Part shown: one piece after another, positions 19,848 to 29,838 of the stretch
Numbering within the stretch: the first letter of the stretch is position 1
Layout: each line of letters begins with the position of its first letter
Source: Spirochaetota bacterium
GTDB taxonomy: Bacteria > Spirochaetota > UBA4802 > UBA5550
Assembly (NCBI GenBank): GCA_963663865.1
Contig: OY760686.1
Span: 32,001-96,000 of the forward strand
Direction: 5' to 3'
Length of the DNA: 64,000 bases
Program-made: the position numbers and the translations under genes
Notes under the pieces: generated by a model
Seen by the model: the letters and a program-made list of their open reading frames with translations, nothing else
What the model was told of the DNA's origin: nothing
The model's database searches: none

Positions 19848-20385
19848 AGCCCGCCGCCTGCTCGTAAAGGTCGCCTCCGTCAGGCCCGTTTATCACAACG
19901 ACAGGAAAGTCCTCTACCACAAGGCGATAAACAGCCTCAGGCCCAAGGTCGTGAAAGGCAACCGGCTCTGACTCCTTTATGCGGACCGCCAGGTAGGCCC
20001 CCGCGCCGCCGTAACTGCTGAAGTACACAGCTCCAAACTTCGCAATCAGCTCTCTGACCTCGGGGCTTCGCCTGCCCTTGCCGATCATGGCTGTAACGCC
20101 CACCTCAAGCATCTTCCCGGTAAAAACGTCCATTCTCGAAGATGTAGTCGGACCGGCTGCCCCTATCACCCTGCCGGGCGGCGAGGGGCTTGGCCCCATA
20201 TAGTATATCACCTGGCCTGACAGCTCAACAGGGAGGCCGCCGCCGGCCTCCATAATCTCGACAAGCCGCTGATGGGCCTTGTCGCGCGCGGAGTATATAG
20301 TTCCGCTTATGAGACACCTGTCGCCGGGAAGAAGGCCGGCGGCGGCCTCCCGGCTCAGCGGAGCGCTTAGTTTCTTCCACTGCAT
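19837..20385 (-). CDS. Fe-S hydro-lyase (class I fumarate hydratase/tartrate dehydratase) beta subunit
   Basis: ARDKAHQR, GPTTSSRMD, MIGKG, DLGPEAV; ATG 20385 follows a GGAGG RBS. Confidence 0.93.
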   Translation of the reverse strand: MQWKKLSAPLSREAAAGLLPGDRCLISGTIYSARDKAHQRLVEIMEAGGGLPVELSGQVIYYMGPSPSPPGRVIGAAGPTTSSRMDVFTGKMLEVGVTAMIGKGRRSPEVRELIAKFGAVYFSSYGGAGAYLAVRIKESEPVAFHDLGPEAVYRLVVEDFPVVVINGPDGGDLYEQAAGFGS

Positions 20386-20386
20386 A

Positions 20387-21238
20387 TCATCCTCCAATGA
20401 CCCTTGTTCTGAAACGCGTCGAATGGCAGCTCATGTTTACGGCCACAGGCAGCGACGCGATATGCGCCGGGGCCGGTTTAATGTAGACACCCGCAACAGT
20501 CGATATCCCCCCAAAGCCTAACGCGCCGACATTTGACTTGTTGAGTCTTTCCTCAATCAGCTTCTCAAGTCCGGCATAATATGGATCGGGATTTGGTTCT
20601 TCACCGCGCAGAACAGCCTTCTTTGAATTCAGCGCCGCCTCATCCGCCGTGCCTCCTATGCCGATTCCAAGAAATAGGGGCGGACAGGGATTGGGCCCTG
20701 CGGCAACCACAGTATTAACAATGTATTCAACAACATCTTCAGCGGAAGAGGTCGGCGTAAACATCTTCAGAGCGCTCATGTTCTCAGAACCGCCGCCCTT
20801 CAGGTAGACCGTCAGCCTGATCTGGTCCCCCTCGACAATTGATGTGTGGACGAATGCCGGCGCGTTGGTGCCGGTATTGTTTCGTCTCAGCGGATCGCCC
20901 ACGATTGACTTCCTCAGATAACAGCTTCGATAGGCTTCTTCGACCGCAGCTTCGATCTGAGCGCCCAGGAAGGCGCCTTCGAGAGTTACATTCTGACCTA
21001 TCTCCAGAAAGACGATTACAGCACCGCAGTCCTGACAGAGCGGCAGCCTCTCGGTCTTTGCCAGCTCGGCATTCTCAAGCAAAACTCTCATGGTTTCAAC
21101 TGCTGCCTCATCTTTTTCGGATGCTGCCATCTCCCTGAATCTGCGTAGAACATATTCAGGCAGCTCAAAGCTCGCCTCCTCTATCATCTCAATCAGATTG
21201 AGCCGTAATGTTTCAGTATTTACTGTCGTATTCGCCAT
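20387..21238 (-). CDS. Fe-S hydro-lyase (class I fumarate hydratase) alpha subunit
   Basis: PLCQDCG, KGGGSEN, NPCPP, HIASLPVAVNMSCH. Confidence 0.93.
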   Translation of the reverse strand: MANTTVNTETLRLNLIEMIEEASFELPEYVLRRFREMAASEKDEAAVETMRVLLENAELAKTERLPLCQDCGAVIVFLEIGQNVTLEGAFLGAQIEAAVEEAYRSCYLRKSIVGDPLRRNNTGTNAPAFVHTSIVEGDQIRLTVYLKGGGSENMSALKMFTPTSSAEDVVEYIVNTVVAAGPNPCPPLFLGIGIGGTADEAALNSKKAVLRGEEPNPDPYYAGLEKLIEERLNKSNVGALGFGGISTVAGVYIKPAPAHIASLPVAVNMSCHSTRFRTRVIGG

Positions 21239-21374
21239 TGCCTTCCTCATTTTTAGTTATGTTGACATTCAGCCTTTATCAGCTCAAGAATTTTTTACCT
21301 TGCCTCGCATAATCTTTATGTTGACCCTTGCCGCAATATCTCTTATAATGCTTAAACACTCAGTGATACAATTT

Positions 21375-22385
21375 ATGAAGAAGAAAAACAAGACAGCGCT
21401 TATCCTTCTCAGACACAGTTCGCCTGACTCCGACAGCGTTCCGGCTTCAGTCAGGACTGTTCCAGGTGCCGATCTGAAGCGATATCCCACCCCTGAGGAT
21501 ATTATTGATTCAGCGGGCTCTCCTGAAATACTGATTGTTTATCCTGACGACTATGACATGACTCCTCTGAATAACTATCTCCGAAAAACATCCGGGACAA
21601 GAGGCGGGCTGGCGACCAGCGATTTTGAGGAGAGGGTCTACGAAGGAATCAAGAAGGAAGAATTCGTGCTCTACTACCAACCCATTATCGAAACGGCGTC
21701 AGGCAGACTTTTCGGCTTTGAATCGCTAATCAGGTGGAATCACCCCGAAAGAGGCCTCCTGACTCCAGAGGTCTTTATCCCCGAGGCTGAGAAGACCGGC
21801 GCCATTATAAAGCTTGGGGAGTGGATTACTGAGACCGCCATGAAACAGTCAGCGGAGTGGGCGGGCCTTTTCCCCAATCTCCCGCTCCGGCTCGGGATTA
21901 ATCTGTCCGCCAGACAGTTTATTGACAGCGGCCTCAGCAAAAGCATTCTCATGCTGTCTGAGAAACACGGAATTGTTAAGGAAAACATTGCGTTTGAGAT
22001 CACTGAGAGCGCGTTCATGGAAGACATGGACAAGGCCAACATCATCCTTCTTACTCTGAGGGCCTTCAACTATCCGATTTACCTCGACGACTTCGGAACG
22101 GGATTCGCGTCACTTTCGTATCTGCTCCACTTTCCCGTAGACACAATAAAAATTGACCGTTCCTTCGTCGAATGGATGCACATTGACGATCAGAGCGCTG
22201 AAATTGTCCGCTCGGTCTCTACACTCGCTCACAACCTGAAGATGAAGGTCGTTGCGGAAGGCATTGAGACATCAGACCACCTTGAGCTTGCACGCGAATT
22301 CGGGTGCGACTACACGCAGGGCTATTTCTTCTCCAGGCCCCTCTCTCCGCAGGACGCGGAGGAGTATATCAAAAGCTCTATATGA
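21375..22385 (+). CDS. EAL-domain c-di-GMP phosphodiesterase
   Basis: YYQPI, FESLIRW, INLSARQF, EITES, DDFGTGF, KIDRSFV, VVAEGIE, QGYFFSRP. Start moved to ATG 21375 to avoid overlap with the divergent fumarase gene. Confidence 0.9.
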   Translation: MKKKNKTALILLRHSSPDSDSVPASVRTVPGADLKRYPTPEDIIDSAGSPEILIVYPDDYDMTPLNNYLRKTSGTRGGLATSDFEERVYEGIKKEEFVLYYQPIIETASGRLFGFESLIRWNHPERGLLTPEVFIPEAEKTGAIIKLGEWITETAMKQSAEWAGLFPNLPLRLGINLSARQFIDSGLSKSILMLSEKHGIVKENIAFEITESAFMEDMDKANIILLTLRAFNYPIYLDDFGTGFASLSYLLHFPVDTIKIDRSFVEWMHIDDQSAEIVRSVSTLAHNLKMKVVAEGIETSDHLELAREFGCDYTQGYFFSRPLSPQDAEEYIKSSI

Positions 22386-22394
22386 ATTTCCTAT

Positions 22395-23030
22395 ATGGAT
22401 GATATAGTCTTTTTAGAAAATCTCTGTACCGGAATCAGTTCAGACACGATAGCGTCGAAGGCAGCCGCAGTTCTGAGAATGCCGCCTGTAGACCATAAAA
22501 TCGCGATGCTTGCCGCTTCGGGGCTGAGAGTTGCTGCTCCGGCCGCGCTCTACTCCGTCCTCATTCCGCCATCTTCAGAGCTTTTAAACCGGCTGCCTGA
22601 AGAGCTTAGAACAGTTTCTCTTTTCCCGTTTATTCTCACTGCCGGCAGGGAGGCTTCGGAATGGGCCGCTTCGTTTAATGATATAGCTGAACAGCTCTAC
22701 GCGGGCGAGATACTGAACTGCATTCTATCATCAGCGCTTGATGCCCTCGCCTGTTCATCAGCCTCCGCCGCTGGTACCGGCCCGCTTTCTGAACTCTGCC
22801 CCGGCACAGGGACTTTGCCCTTAAGCCTTCAGGCAGATTTGTTTGCATTTTTCGGTCCGCGTACCGGTGATCTGGGAGTAAGGCTCAACAGCTCACACGT
22901 AATTGAACCCGCCTTCAGTGTTGCGGGCTTTTTGTGTAATGAGACTATAACTCAGGGATGCCGAAACTGTTCGGTTAGAAGCTGCATGGAAGCGGGCGGT
23001 AGGTGCTGGAGGTCAACGTTAGAATGTTAA
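22395..23030 (+). CDS. Hypothetical protein resembling B12-dependent methionine synthase activation domain
   Basis: LTAG..., CPGTG.LPLSLQADLF, LGVRLNSSHVIEPAFSVAG and C-terminal CxxC...C. Confidence 0.6.
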   Translation: MDDIVFLENLCTGISSDTIASKAAAVLRMPPVDHKIAMLAASGLRVAAPAALYSVLIPPSSELLNRLPEELRTVSLFPFILTAGREASEWAASFNDIAEQLYAGEILNCILSSALDALACSSASAAGTGPLSELCPGTGTLPLSLQADLFAFFGPRTGDLGVRLNSSHVIEPAFSVAGFLCNETITQGCRNCSVRSCMEAGGRCWRSTLEC

Positions 23031-24235
23031 ATTGATGCTCTCCTGGCTACCAGAGCTCCTTGTACAATTGAGTCTACGCTTCCGCCATTTTCTTTAACAT
23101 TTGATATTCCTTTCATAAACTCACTTGGAGTCAGCCCTATATGCCTTTTAAACGCTCTATTGAAAGAAGGCTTGGAATTGAATCCAACTTTCATCGCAAG
23201 GTTCAAAAAATTAAAATTAGTTTCGTTTTTCATAATCTCAATAAATTCATTGATTCTAAGGTTGTTTAAATACTCTGGCACACTCATCCCGGTAGCTGTA
23301 TTTATCACCTGAGACAGATAGTTTTTATTTATGTTTAGACGCTTTGCAAGCTCATCCACTTTAAATTCCGGATCAGCATAGAGCTTCTCATTCCTGATAA
23401 TCTGAGAGGTTGCTTCCATAATCTCATTTATTTCACTTAGTTTTAGAGGAGAGGTCCTATACTTAGCCAACCCCTCAGCCCTTCTCAAATTAGCCCTAAG
23501 GGAATATAACAACTCTGGTTTAACAACGGCATAGTAAAAAAGCAGCAATAACACAGTAGTTGAAACAACCGGCACCATTATAAAATCAACGTCTTGCAAT
23601 ATTGATGGCTTGCTGGAATAATACTTTATATATATAATATTTATTATATGGGCACAACACAAAACAGAAAATAACGTTGTTATTAATCCAAGCCACTTAC
23701 AGGCCCCAATATTTTCTATTGAATTAAGATTCATTTTGTATTCTCTTATTTTGGACTTGATAAACATCATGTAGCCAAAAATAATCAGAAAAAAGGTTAT
23801 TTTTATAATCACCATGATATGACTGGTTAAATATTGCGAGACATCTTGATAAACTCTCATATAAGCGTAATAGGGAGCATAAGAGATTGCAACAAACAGA
23901 GGCGGAACAATAAATTGAATATTATATCTTTTCGTATATCTAAACTCTGGGTAAAGAAGAGACATGCTATACAATATCAGAAGAGGGCCTTTGAGCAATA
24001 GAATAAAAAATGTAAGCTGAGTAACATGAACAGTATTTGAATTACTAACCGGCATTCCCGTAACTGTATATTGATTCAGGAGCAGGTTTATCAGCACACA
24101 GACACCCGCGCATAGAAAATAGAGGGAGAGAAATCTGTTTGCATACTTATTCTTACTGAGCCTCAACAGAACAAACGCAAACAAAAAGCTTTCTACGACA
24201 CCGACGACGCTAAGTGCAATAAATAATGTATTCAA
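23027..24235 (-). CDS. Membrane-anchored AraC-family regulator (cassette 2)
   Basis: TM N-terminus (ANRFLSLYF, GPLLILY); KLYADPEF...YLSQVIN...GFNSKPSFNRAFKRHIGLTPSEF. Confidence 0.9.
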   Translation of the reverse strand: MNTLFIALSVVGVVESFLFAFVLLRLSKNKYANRFLSLYFLCAGVCVLINLLLNQYTVTGMPVSNSNTVHVTQLTFFILLLKGPLLILYSMSLLYPEFRYTKRYNIQFIVPPLFVAISYAPYYAYMRVYQDVSQYLTSHIMVIIKITFFLIIFGYMMFIKSKIREYKMNLNSIENIGACKWLGLITTLFSVLCCAHIINIIYIKYYSSKPSILQDVDFIMVPVVSTTVLLLLFYYAVVKPELLYSLRANLRRAEGLAKYRTSPLKLSEINEIMEATSQIIRNEKLYADPEFKVDELAKRLNINKNYLSQVINTATGMSVPEYLNNLRINEFIEIMKNETNFNFLNLAMKVGFNSKPSFNRAFKRHIGLTPSEFMKGISNVKENGGSVDSIVQGALVARRASI

Positions 24236-24298
24236 ATGCCCCCACCATATTCAACAGTCAATACAGGACCACTAATCATTTGTCAAACTAATATGAAT

Positions 24299-25420
24299 CT
24301 ATTGTTCAACTATTTTACAATAATTTTTTTTACCAGGTAAAAATATACCATTAATAAATTCATCCGGCACTTCTGAATATGTTACATCACTAACCAATAT
24401 ATTATATATTAATTTAAGAATAATATATTCCATATTTATCCTCGCGTAACCGGCATCGAACTTTAATTGATCACTGTCAAGCTTTGTCTTCAGCCTGCAA
24501 TCTTTCATGTCTGGAACAACAAGAACAGCATCACAAATATTTTTTCTTATTCTATTTTTTGAACCTGTACTAAGATTTGCTTGTTGAAAACGGAGTGTTA
24601 TTTTATCTAATGACCTGAATAAACCCAGCCAGGAAATAAAATCATCTGCATCAGCAAACCGTTCCAGATTTAACCCTGTTTCAAACAGAATATTCTCTGC
24701 GACCACCCTGTTTACACCTGGAATTTCCGTTATACGCTGTAACTTTTCTTCATATCGGGAAGATTTTGCTTTAATGCTCTCCTCCAAAAAGGCAATCTTG
24801 CTGCGAGCCTCTTTTAAATCATTAAACAATGATGTTAAAATTATAGATGTGTTATCATCAACGATGGAGCTGATTCTCTGATCCCAATTATTAGAGGAAT
24901 ATATGTGTTCAATTTCATTTTCCAAATTTGGATAGAACTCAGGTTTTATGCATATCATAGTGCTTTTTAAAATAATTCCAATTTTAGACTTGATAGCACG
25001 ATGATTTTCAATAATCTCATCTCTGTATCTTGACAAATCTCTCAGTTCTCTAACCAAACGCGGTGGAATATAGGTTGCTTTAAGCCTATCGGATTGAAAA
25101 AGCTCTACTAACAGCTCTGTTATCCTGCTTTGCTTGCCGGCTTCTCTGCTGTTGTGTGTAAACACGAGATGCATATTACATTGATCTTCGAATTCTCTCC
25201 AAAGAAACTGCCATGAATCACTTTCCCCGGCTATGACAATGTTCGAGACAAGATTATTTTTAATCTCATTTTTTATCCTCAACAACTCATAATCGTCAAA
25301 GTAGTTCTTTGTAGTTATCTTTCTGGCAGCCTTATCGGCTGATTCTCTGTGAAATGTTGTCTCGATGTATCTTCCACGAAGGTACATCGCGCAGGCATTA
25401 TTTTTATTTTTTGTTTCCAT
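24299..25420 (-). CDS. IS110-family recombinase homologue, catalytic residues absent (copy 2)
   Basis: YIPPRLVRELRDLSRYR, ITEIPGVNRVVAENILFETG..LERF...SWLGL, EYIILKLIYNIL. Confidence 0.78.
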   Translation of the reverse strand: METKNKNNACAMYLRGRYIETTFHRESADKAARKITTKNYFDDYELLRIKNEIKNNLVSNIVIAGESDSWQFLWREFEDQCNMHLVFTHNSREAGKQSRITELLVELFQSDRLKATYIPPRLVRELRDLSRYRDEIIENHRAIKSKIGIILKSTMICIKPEFYPNLENEIEHIYSSNNWDQRISSIVDDNTSIILTSLFNDLKEARSKIAFLEESIKAKSSRYEEKLQRITEIPGVNRVVAENILFETGLNLERFADADDFISWLGLFRSLDKITLRFQQANLSTGSKNRIRKNICDAVLVVPDMKDCRLKTKLDSDQLKFDAGYARINMEYIILKLIYNILVSDVTYSEVPDEFINGIFLPGKKNYCKIVEQ

Positions 25421-25539
25421 CGAATATCTAAATCAATATTTATCGCAACAATAAAACTCGTACCGTGCCATTAACCACTGTTCGTTACAAATATAATCTC
25501 TTTATTACGCTCATTACTATTTTTCAGCATAATATATGG

Positions 25540-25574
25540 AATGAACAGGACACCCTGATGCTGCCCTGTTCATT
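25540..25574 (-). terminator. Hairpin downstream of GH3 copy 2
   Basis: AATGAACAGG...CCTGTTCATT inverted repeat. Confidence 0.5.
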
Positions 25575-25619
25575 TTTCCATTACATCAAAATCAAATCTC
25601 TAATAAGCATCCTTAACAA

Positions 25620-28043
25620 TTACCAGGTCAACCCTGTACCAAAAGTAAATGTGGGATTTACCTCATCATTGTAAAGGTCTTCTGTTGCATCTTCAACACT
25701 CTGCTCTGAGCTTGGAATACTGAAAGGCAAATGAGCTTCAGGAGCATATCCATCTACAGCGAATAGTACGTCGAAAAGCAACGGATTAAACAATCCGAAT
25801 TCAACGACCAGCGCATCAATCTCAGCTGCCACAGCAGGTTCAAGAACAAATGGGCGGAAGGCAAAAACGACAACTATCAGCCGAGCTCCCGTTGCATTCT
25901 TAACGGCTATTGCATTTGTCAGCTTTGCATACTCATTTACAGCACTCGACATTTGATTATCATTTACGATATAGCCACCTGATGAATAGTCAACACCATC
26001 AACCTCAGTCGTACCAGCTCCATTATCTGATCCTTCGGGTCCGGCTGTTGAGTTGACCAGCGCGACATGTTCATCCCATGTATAGTGTCTCCACGCATCA
26101 TAATTGTACCTTAGAACTGGAGCTGTCCACGAAAGAGGCACTCCTCCGGCAATACCGGTATGCTGTCCCTGCCTACCAGCAATTCGAAGCACTATGATGT
26201 CCGCTTCATTAATATCTGTTGTGTACTGCATTGCATTGTTAGTACCAACGAATGTTGCCATTTCACTTTCATCGACAGTCGCATCTCCTACAGAATCAAC
26301 GTAGATTGTAGCGTCCGTTGAAAGGCTCAGCGGAAGGACTTCACCTTCATTCTTAACAAGAACACATGCCCTCTTCATCGCCTCTTCTGCCGCAGGCCTG
26401 TTGCTTTCTACTACCTGTGCAGCAGCTGCTACATCGATGTAAGGGTTTTCAAACAGTCCAAGTCTGAACATAACCTCAAGAACCTTAGCTGCAGCTTCAT
26501 TAACGTCATTGTTTGTGACCTGTCCGTCAGATACTGCATTAATCCACATTTCTTCATTTCCGGCACCTATCTGGTGTCCACCTGCGCGAGCATATCTTCG
26601 CACACGGTAGCTTTCATACGGATAAGCTTCCGCTGAACCAAGCGTTGCCTCTTCTACACCCGCAAGATCGTCTGAGTAGAGGCCATAAGCTGCCTGAAAT
26701 ATCCAATAGGTTTCTCCATACAAAACACCCCAGTCTGAAGTAACCATGCCGTCCCACTCGCAGTAATCCCTGAGAAGATCCCACATAATTTTACTGTCAT
26801 AGGAAGACCCAACATGTTCATCGAAAGCGAACTCTTCTCCAACTCCCGAGTTTACCCAGCTGTCCGTTCCGGGCCAACCTGATTCACCGGTTACAAAGAT
26901 GCTGTAGCAAGGCATTACAGCAAGAGGTCCCGCTTCAAAAGCTGTTCGGAAGTTATCGAGGTGAGACTGAAAATTTCCTCCGGGGAACATAGCAAAGCGG
27001 CCAATATAATTATGGCTGTCCATTCCTCCGTTGTTAGTACCGGCTCCAGGGAAGTGTTTGAGAGTCGCGGCAACACCGCCTGTCAAAGCTCTTCCGCTAA
27101 AACCATCTTCAGCGCCCTGTAATCCTCGAATATAAGCCCTCGCCATTTCACCAGCCAGACCGTTTGCACCAGTAGCACCAAATGTGTCATGCGATCTTGC
27201 CCATCTCGGCTCTCCGAGCGGGTCGCACATTGGCCCGAGGAGAAAGTTAATTCCAGCAGCTTTATACTCAGCTCTGTGAAGGGCTGCGATTTCTTCCATG
27301 TATTCAGGATCGCCAATAGCAGCAAATCCCAGGTTGAAGGGCCAATTCCCAATGTTATTCATGTTGTTTCTTTTTTCAAAAACAGACGATGACCTGTTAC
27401 TTCCTGTTCCAGTGGAAGGGTCGCAGTTATACAAGTAAGGAATACCCAGAGCCGCACTTTCACAGGCTGCCTGAAGATTGTTAGCATATGTAGCCCTTGT
27501 AGTAGCGTCCATATTGTTCGTTCCAGACATTGAGGAACGAGTAAAACCTGTTGTTCCATTGATGTCAGCGATACGAGCCGCGTTCAAGGTTCCATCCGCA
27601 TTAGCTCCACCCCCCAGATAGAAGTTATAAAGCAAGCCGCCTTTGACAAGCAAAGGATTAACTTCATCTAATGGATCCAAAGCATCAATCAACTCAATCA
27701 GATTATCTATCCTGTCCTGAAGAGACAATCTCCAGTCCTCGTAAGGATCAACAGTTCCGTTAGCGTTGAGGTCTCTGAACTGCAGGGTATAACTTTCCCC
27801 GCTTTCGGCTACAGCAGTTTCCTCAATTATGCTCTTGCCGCTCCCCTCATGTACAGCGACATCCGGTATTACAATCTTTCCGTCTACGCAGTACAGACTT
27901 GCCTCATCAACGCAATCCAACTCTGACGACAGTACAGGTGGCGGCGGCTCCGTTCTGCTTTCATCATCACCACAAGCTGTAAAGACCAGACCATATCCTG
28001 TAACAGCAAGCAGGAGCAGCAACATTGATAGAATCTTTTTCAT
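25620..28043 (-). CDS. Glycoside hydrolase family 3 lipoprotein (cassette 2)
   Basis: Lipobox FTAC-GDDE; RDLNANGTVDPYEDW; PRWARSHDTFG; KHFPGAG; MPCYS; TSDWG; RLGLFENPY. Confidence 0.92.
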   Translation of the reverse strand: MKKILSMLLLLLAVTGYGLVFTACGDDESRTEPPPPVLSSELDCVDEASLYCVDGKIVIPDVAVHEGSGKSIIEETAVAESGESYTLQFRDLNANGTVDPYEDWRLSLQDRIDNLIELIDALDPLDEVNPLLVKGGLLYNFYLGGGANADGTLNAARIADINGTTGFTRSSMSGTNNMDATTRATYANNLQAACESAALGIPYLYNCDPSTGTGSNRSSSVFEKRNNMNNIGNWPFNLGFAAIGDPEYMEEIAALHRAEYKAAGINFLLGPMCDPLGEPRWARSHDTFGATGANGLAGEMARAYIRGLQGAEDGFSGRALTGGVAATLKHFPGAGTNNGGMDSHNYIGRFAMFPGGNFQSHLDNFRTAFEAGPLAVMPCYSIFVTGESGWPGTDSWVNSGVGEEFAFDEHVGSSYDSKIMWDLLRDYCEWDGMVTSDWGVLYGETYWIFQAAYGLYSDDLAGVEEATLGSAEAYPYESYRVRRYARAGGHQIGAGNEEMWINAVSDGQVTNNDVNEAAAKVLEVMFRLGLFENPYIDVAAAAQVVESNRPAAEEAMKRACVLVKNEGEVLPLSLSTDATIYVDSVGDATVDESEMATFVGTNNAMQYTTDINEADIIVLRIAGRQGQHTGIAGGVPLSWTAPVLRYNYDAWRHYTWDEHVALVNSTAGPEGSDNGAGTTEVDGVDYSSGGYIVNDNQMSSAVNEYAKLTNAIAVKNATGARLIVVVFAFRPFVLEPAVAAEIDALVVEFGLFNPLLFDVLFAVDGYAPEAHLPFSIPSSEQSVEDATEDLYNDEVNPTFTFGTGLTW

Positions 28044-28225
28044 TAAGATCCTCCTCCTAAAAATAGTGTTTTATCATAAAACCATCTCGGACCACTGCTT
28101 GCCCCTCCTTTGAAGACGAAACAAGCCCTGTGAGACGATCTTATATCCCGAGATTGTGCTACATTAAGCCGTACCCAATTGAGTCAGTTTTCCATGATTA
28201 ATTATTAGAGGTTTAACCGCAATCA

Positions 28226-28251
28226 GTCGTCTCATTTTACAAAACGATACC
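28226..28251 (-). promoter_or_regulatory. Conserved cassette motif (copy A)
   Basis: GTCGTCTCATTTTACAAAACGATACC (+ strand), 25/26 identical to 31075-31100. Confidence 0.65.
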
Positions 28252-28501
28252 CATTTGCCAATAATGGCATTACTTCCTGATCACAGCTGCCTCACAACAG
28301 CACCTTCATCATTAATATCTAAAACTGACCTGTTTGAAATTTAGCATTGGAGGATAGCTATATCCGGTATGATGTTTTACCTACATGGATACGGGGGCTT
28401 CATTAACAATTTGTGGTGGGAACCTATATACGATTCAGTATTAGCTTTTCACAGTTTTTCTCAGAGGGGATATGGTCCTGCACCCCAAAAGGTAAACCAG
28501 T

Positions 28502-28852
28502 TTGAAAGAGAGATGCTCTTTTGTTAAATTATCTAACAGGAGAGATGCCATGGGAAAGAGAGTCAAGAATCATTCACCTGAATTTAAATTCAAGGTGGTC
28601 CTTGAAAGCTTTATCAAGGACAACGTAGCTGAGGTATCCCGTCAATACGGGATAAATGCCAACCAGTTATCTTTATGGCGGAAACATTTTATTTCACAGG
28701 GTCATCATGCTTTTCAGTCTGAATCGTCCAAGGAAGAAATGAAATACCGCAAGAAGATAGAACAACTGGAAAATATGATTGGGAAGAAAGAAGTCGAAAT
28801 ATCGATTTTAAAGAATTATCTGGATTTTTACGTACCTCTCGATGGCAAATAG
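28502..28852 (+). CDS. IS3 transposase OrfA (HTH)
   Basis: HSPEFKFKVVLE...VAEVSRQYGINANQLSLWRK; true start is probably an ATG slightly downstream (about 28550). Confidence 0.9.
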   Translation: MKERCSFVKLSNRRDAMGKRVKNHSPEFKFKVVLESFIKDNVAEVSRQYGINANQLSLWRKHFISQGHHAFQSESSKEEMKYRKKIEQLENMIGKKEVEISILKNYLDFYVPLDGK

Positions 28853-28914
28853 CTGAATATGCCCGGTCAGTTGTTGCCAGCGGGAGATCTGGAGTAAATC
28901 GAATCTGTCGAGTA

Positions 28915-29772
28915 ATGGGCATAAGCAAGAAGACGTACTATTACAGTATGGATTTTTGTGAAAGAATAGAAAAGCGTTATGGCCGCATAAAAGACTGGGT
29001 TAAGGAAATAATCGAAGACAACCCGGCATATGGCTATCGCCGGATCAAGAAAGCCCTGTTTGAAAAGTATGACGAAATCGTTAACCATAAGGCACTTTTG
29101 GTAATATTAAGGGCCTGGGGGCTTGAATTGAAGCGGAAAATACGTCCTTTGCGCAGGAGTTGGATTGTTAAAATTCTGGATTATCTTCAGCTTCGAGCAA
29201 ATCTTGTGTGGTTTTTGAGTAAATCCGGTTTGATAAAGAACTGCTTTCAGGTAATTGTTTCAGATACTACTGAGCTTTTGTATCGTGGCGCTAAAGCATA
29301 TTTATGTGTGCATCTTGATATATTTGGCAAGATGATTTACGGCTATAAGCTTTCAATGAAGCCTGATAGTCAAATGTTACTTCATTCGTTTAGAAATGCC
29401 GTTAAGACAATAACTGGGGAATTCGGCATCCAGATTAGTGGAATGATTTTTCATCAGGATCGTGGAAGCATAAATACCGGATCAGAATATGTTTCTGCAG
29501 TTTTGGGGAACGAAGCCAGATTAAGTTATTCCCGCAGAGGTGAACCTGGCGACAATGCCGTCAATGAATCATTTTTCTCAAGATTCAAGGATGAATGGCG
29601 GGATGTTTTTATTGAGGCTAAAACTTTTGGAGAACTTGAATCCATGGTGAAAAAAGCGATTGAGTATTACAACAGCAGAAGATATCATTCAACGATTGGA
29701 TTAGAAGTGCCGGAAGTGTTTACGATGAAACAATCGGAGCATCTAATAAATCAATCAAGAGTGGTTTCCTGA
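28915..29772 (+). CDS. IS3 transposase OrfB (DDE/rve)
   Basis: YGYRRI, SDTTE, FHQDRGS, DNAVNESFFSRFKDE, YYNSRRYHSTIG; frame is open upstream to at least 28801. Confidence 0.92.
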   Translation: MGISKKTYYYSMDFCERIEKRYGRIKDWVKEIIEDNPAYGYRRIKKALFEKYDEIVNHKALLVILRAWGLELKRKIRPLRRSWIVKILDYLQLRANLVWFLSKSGLIKNCFQVIVSDTTELLYRGAKAYLCVHLDIFGKMIYGYKLSMKPDSQMLLHSFRNAVKTITGEFGIQISGMIFHQDRGSINTGSEYVSAVLGNEARLSYSRRGEPGDNAVNESFFSRFKDEWRDVFIEAKTFGELESMVKKAIEYYNSRRYHSTIGLEVPEVFTMKQSEHLINQSRVVS

Positions 29773-29838
29773 AAAGGGTGCAGGACCTATACACCTATTT
29801 TTTAAATTGGAGATGTTACGTTAAAGTACAATTTGTTT

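Larger units (their letters stand above)
28474..29787 (+). mobile_element. IS3-family insertion sequence, 1314 bp
   Basis: Imperfect terminal inverted repeats starting GGTCCTGCACCC; TAT direct repeat on both flanks (28471-28473, 29788-29790); orfA/orfB in a -1 frame relationship. Confidence 0.93.

Noticed and set aside
21090-21374. N-terminal extension of the EAL ORF
   Set aside because: It overlaps the divergent fumarase alpha gene and its promoter region; ATG 21375 is more plausible.
28226-28253. Sigma54 promoter reading of the conserved motif (TGGTAT/GGGTAT on the minus strand)
   Set aside because: No GC at the required GG-N10-GC spacing in any copy.
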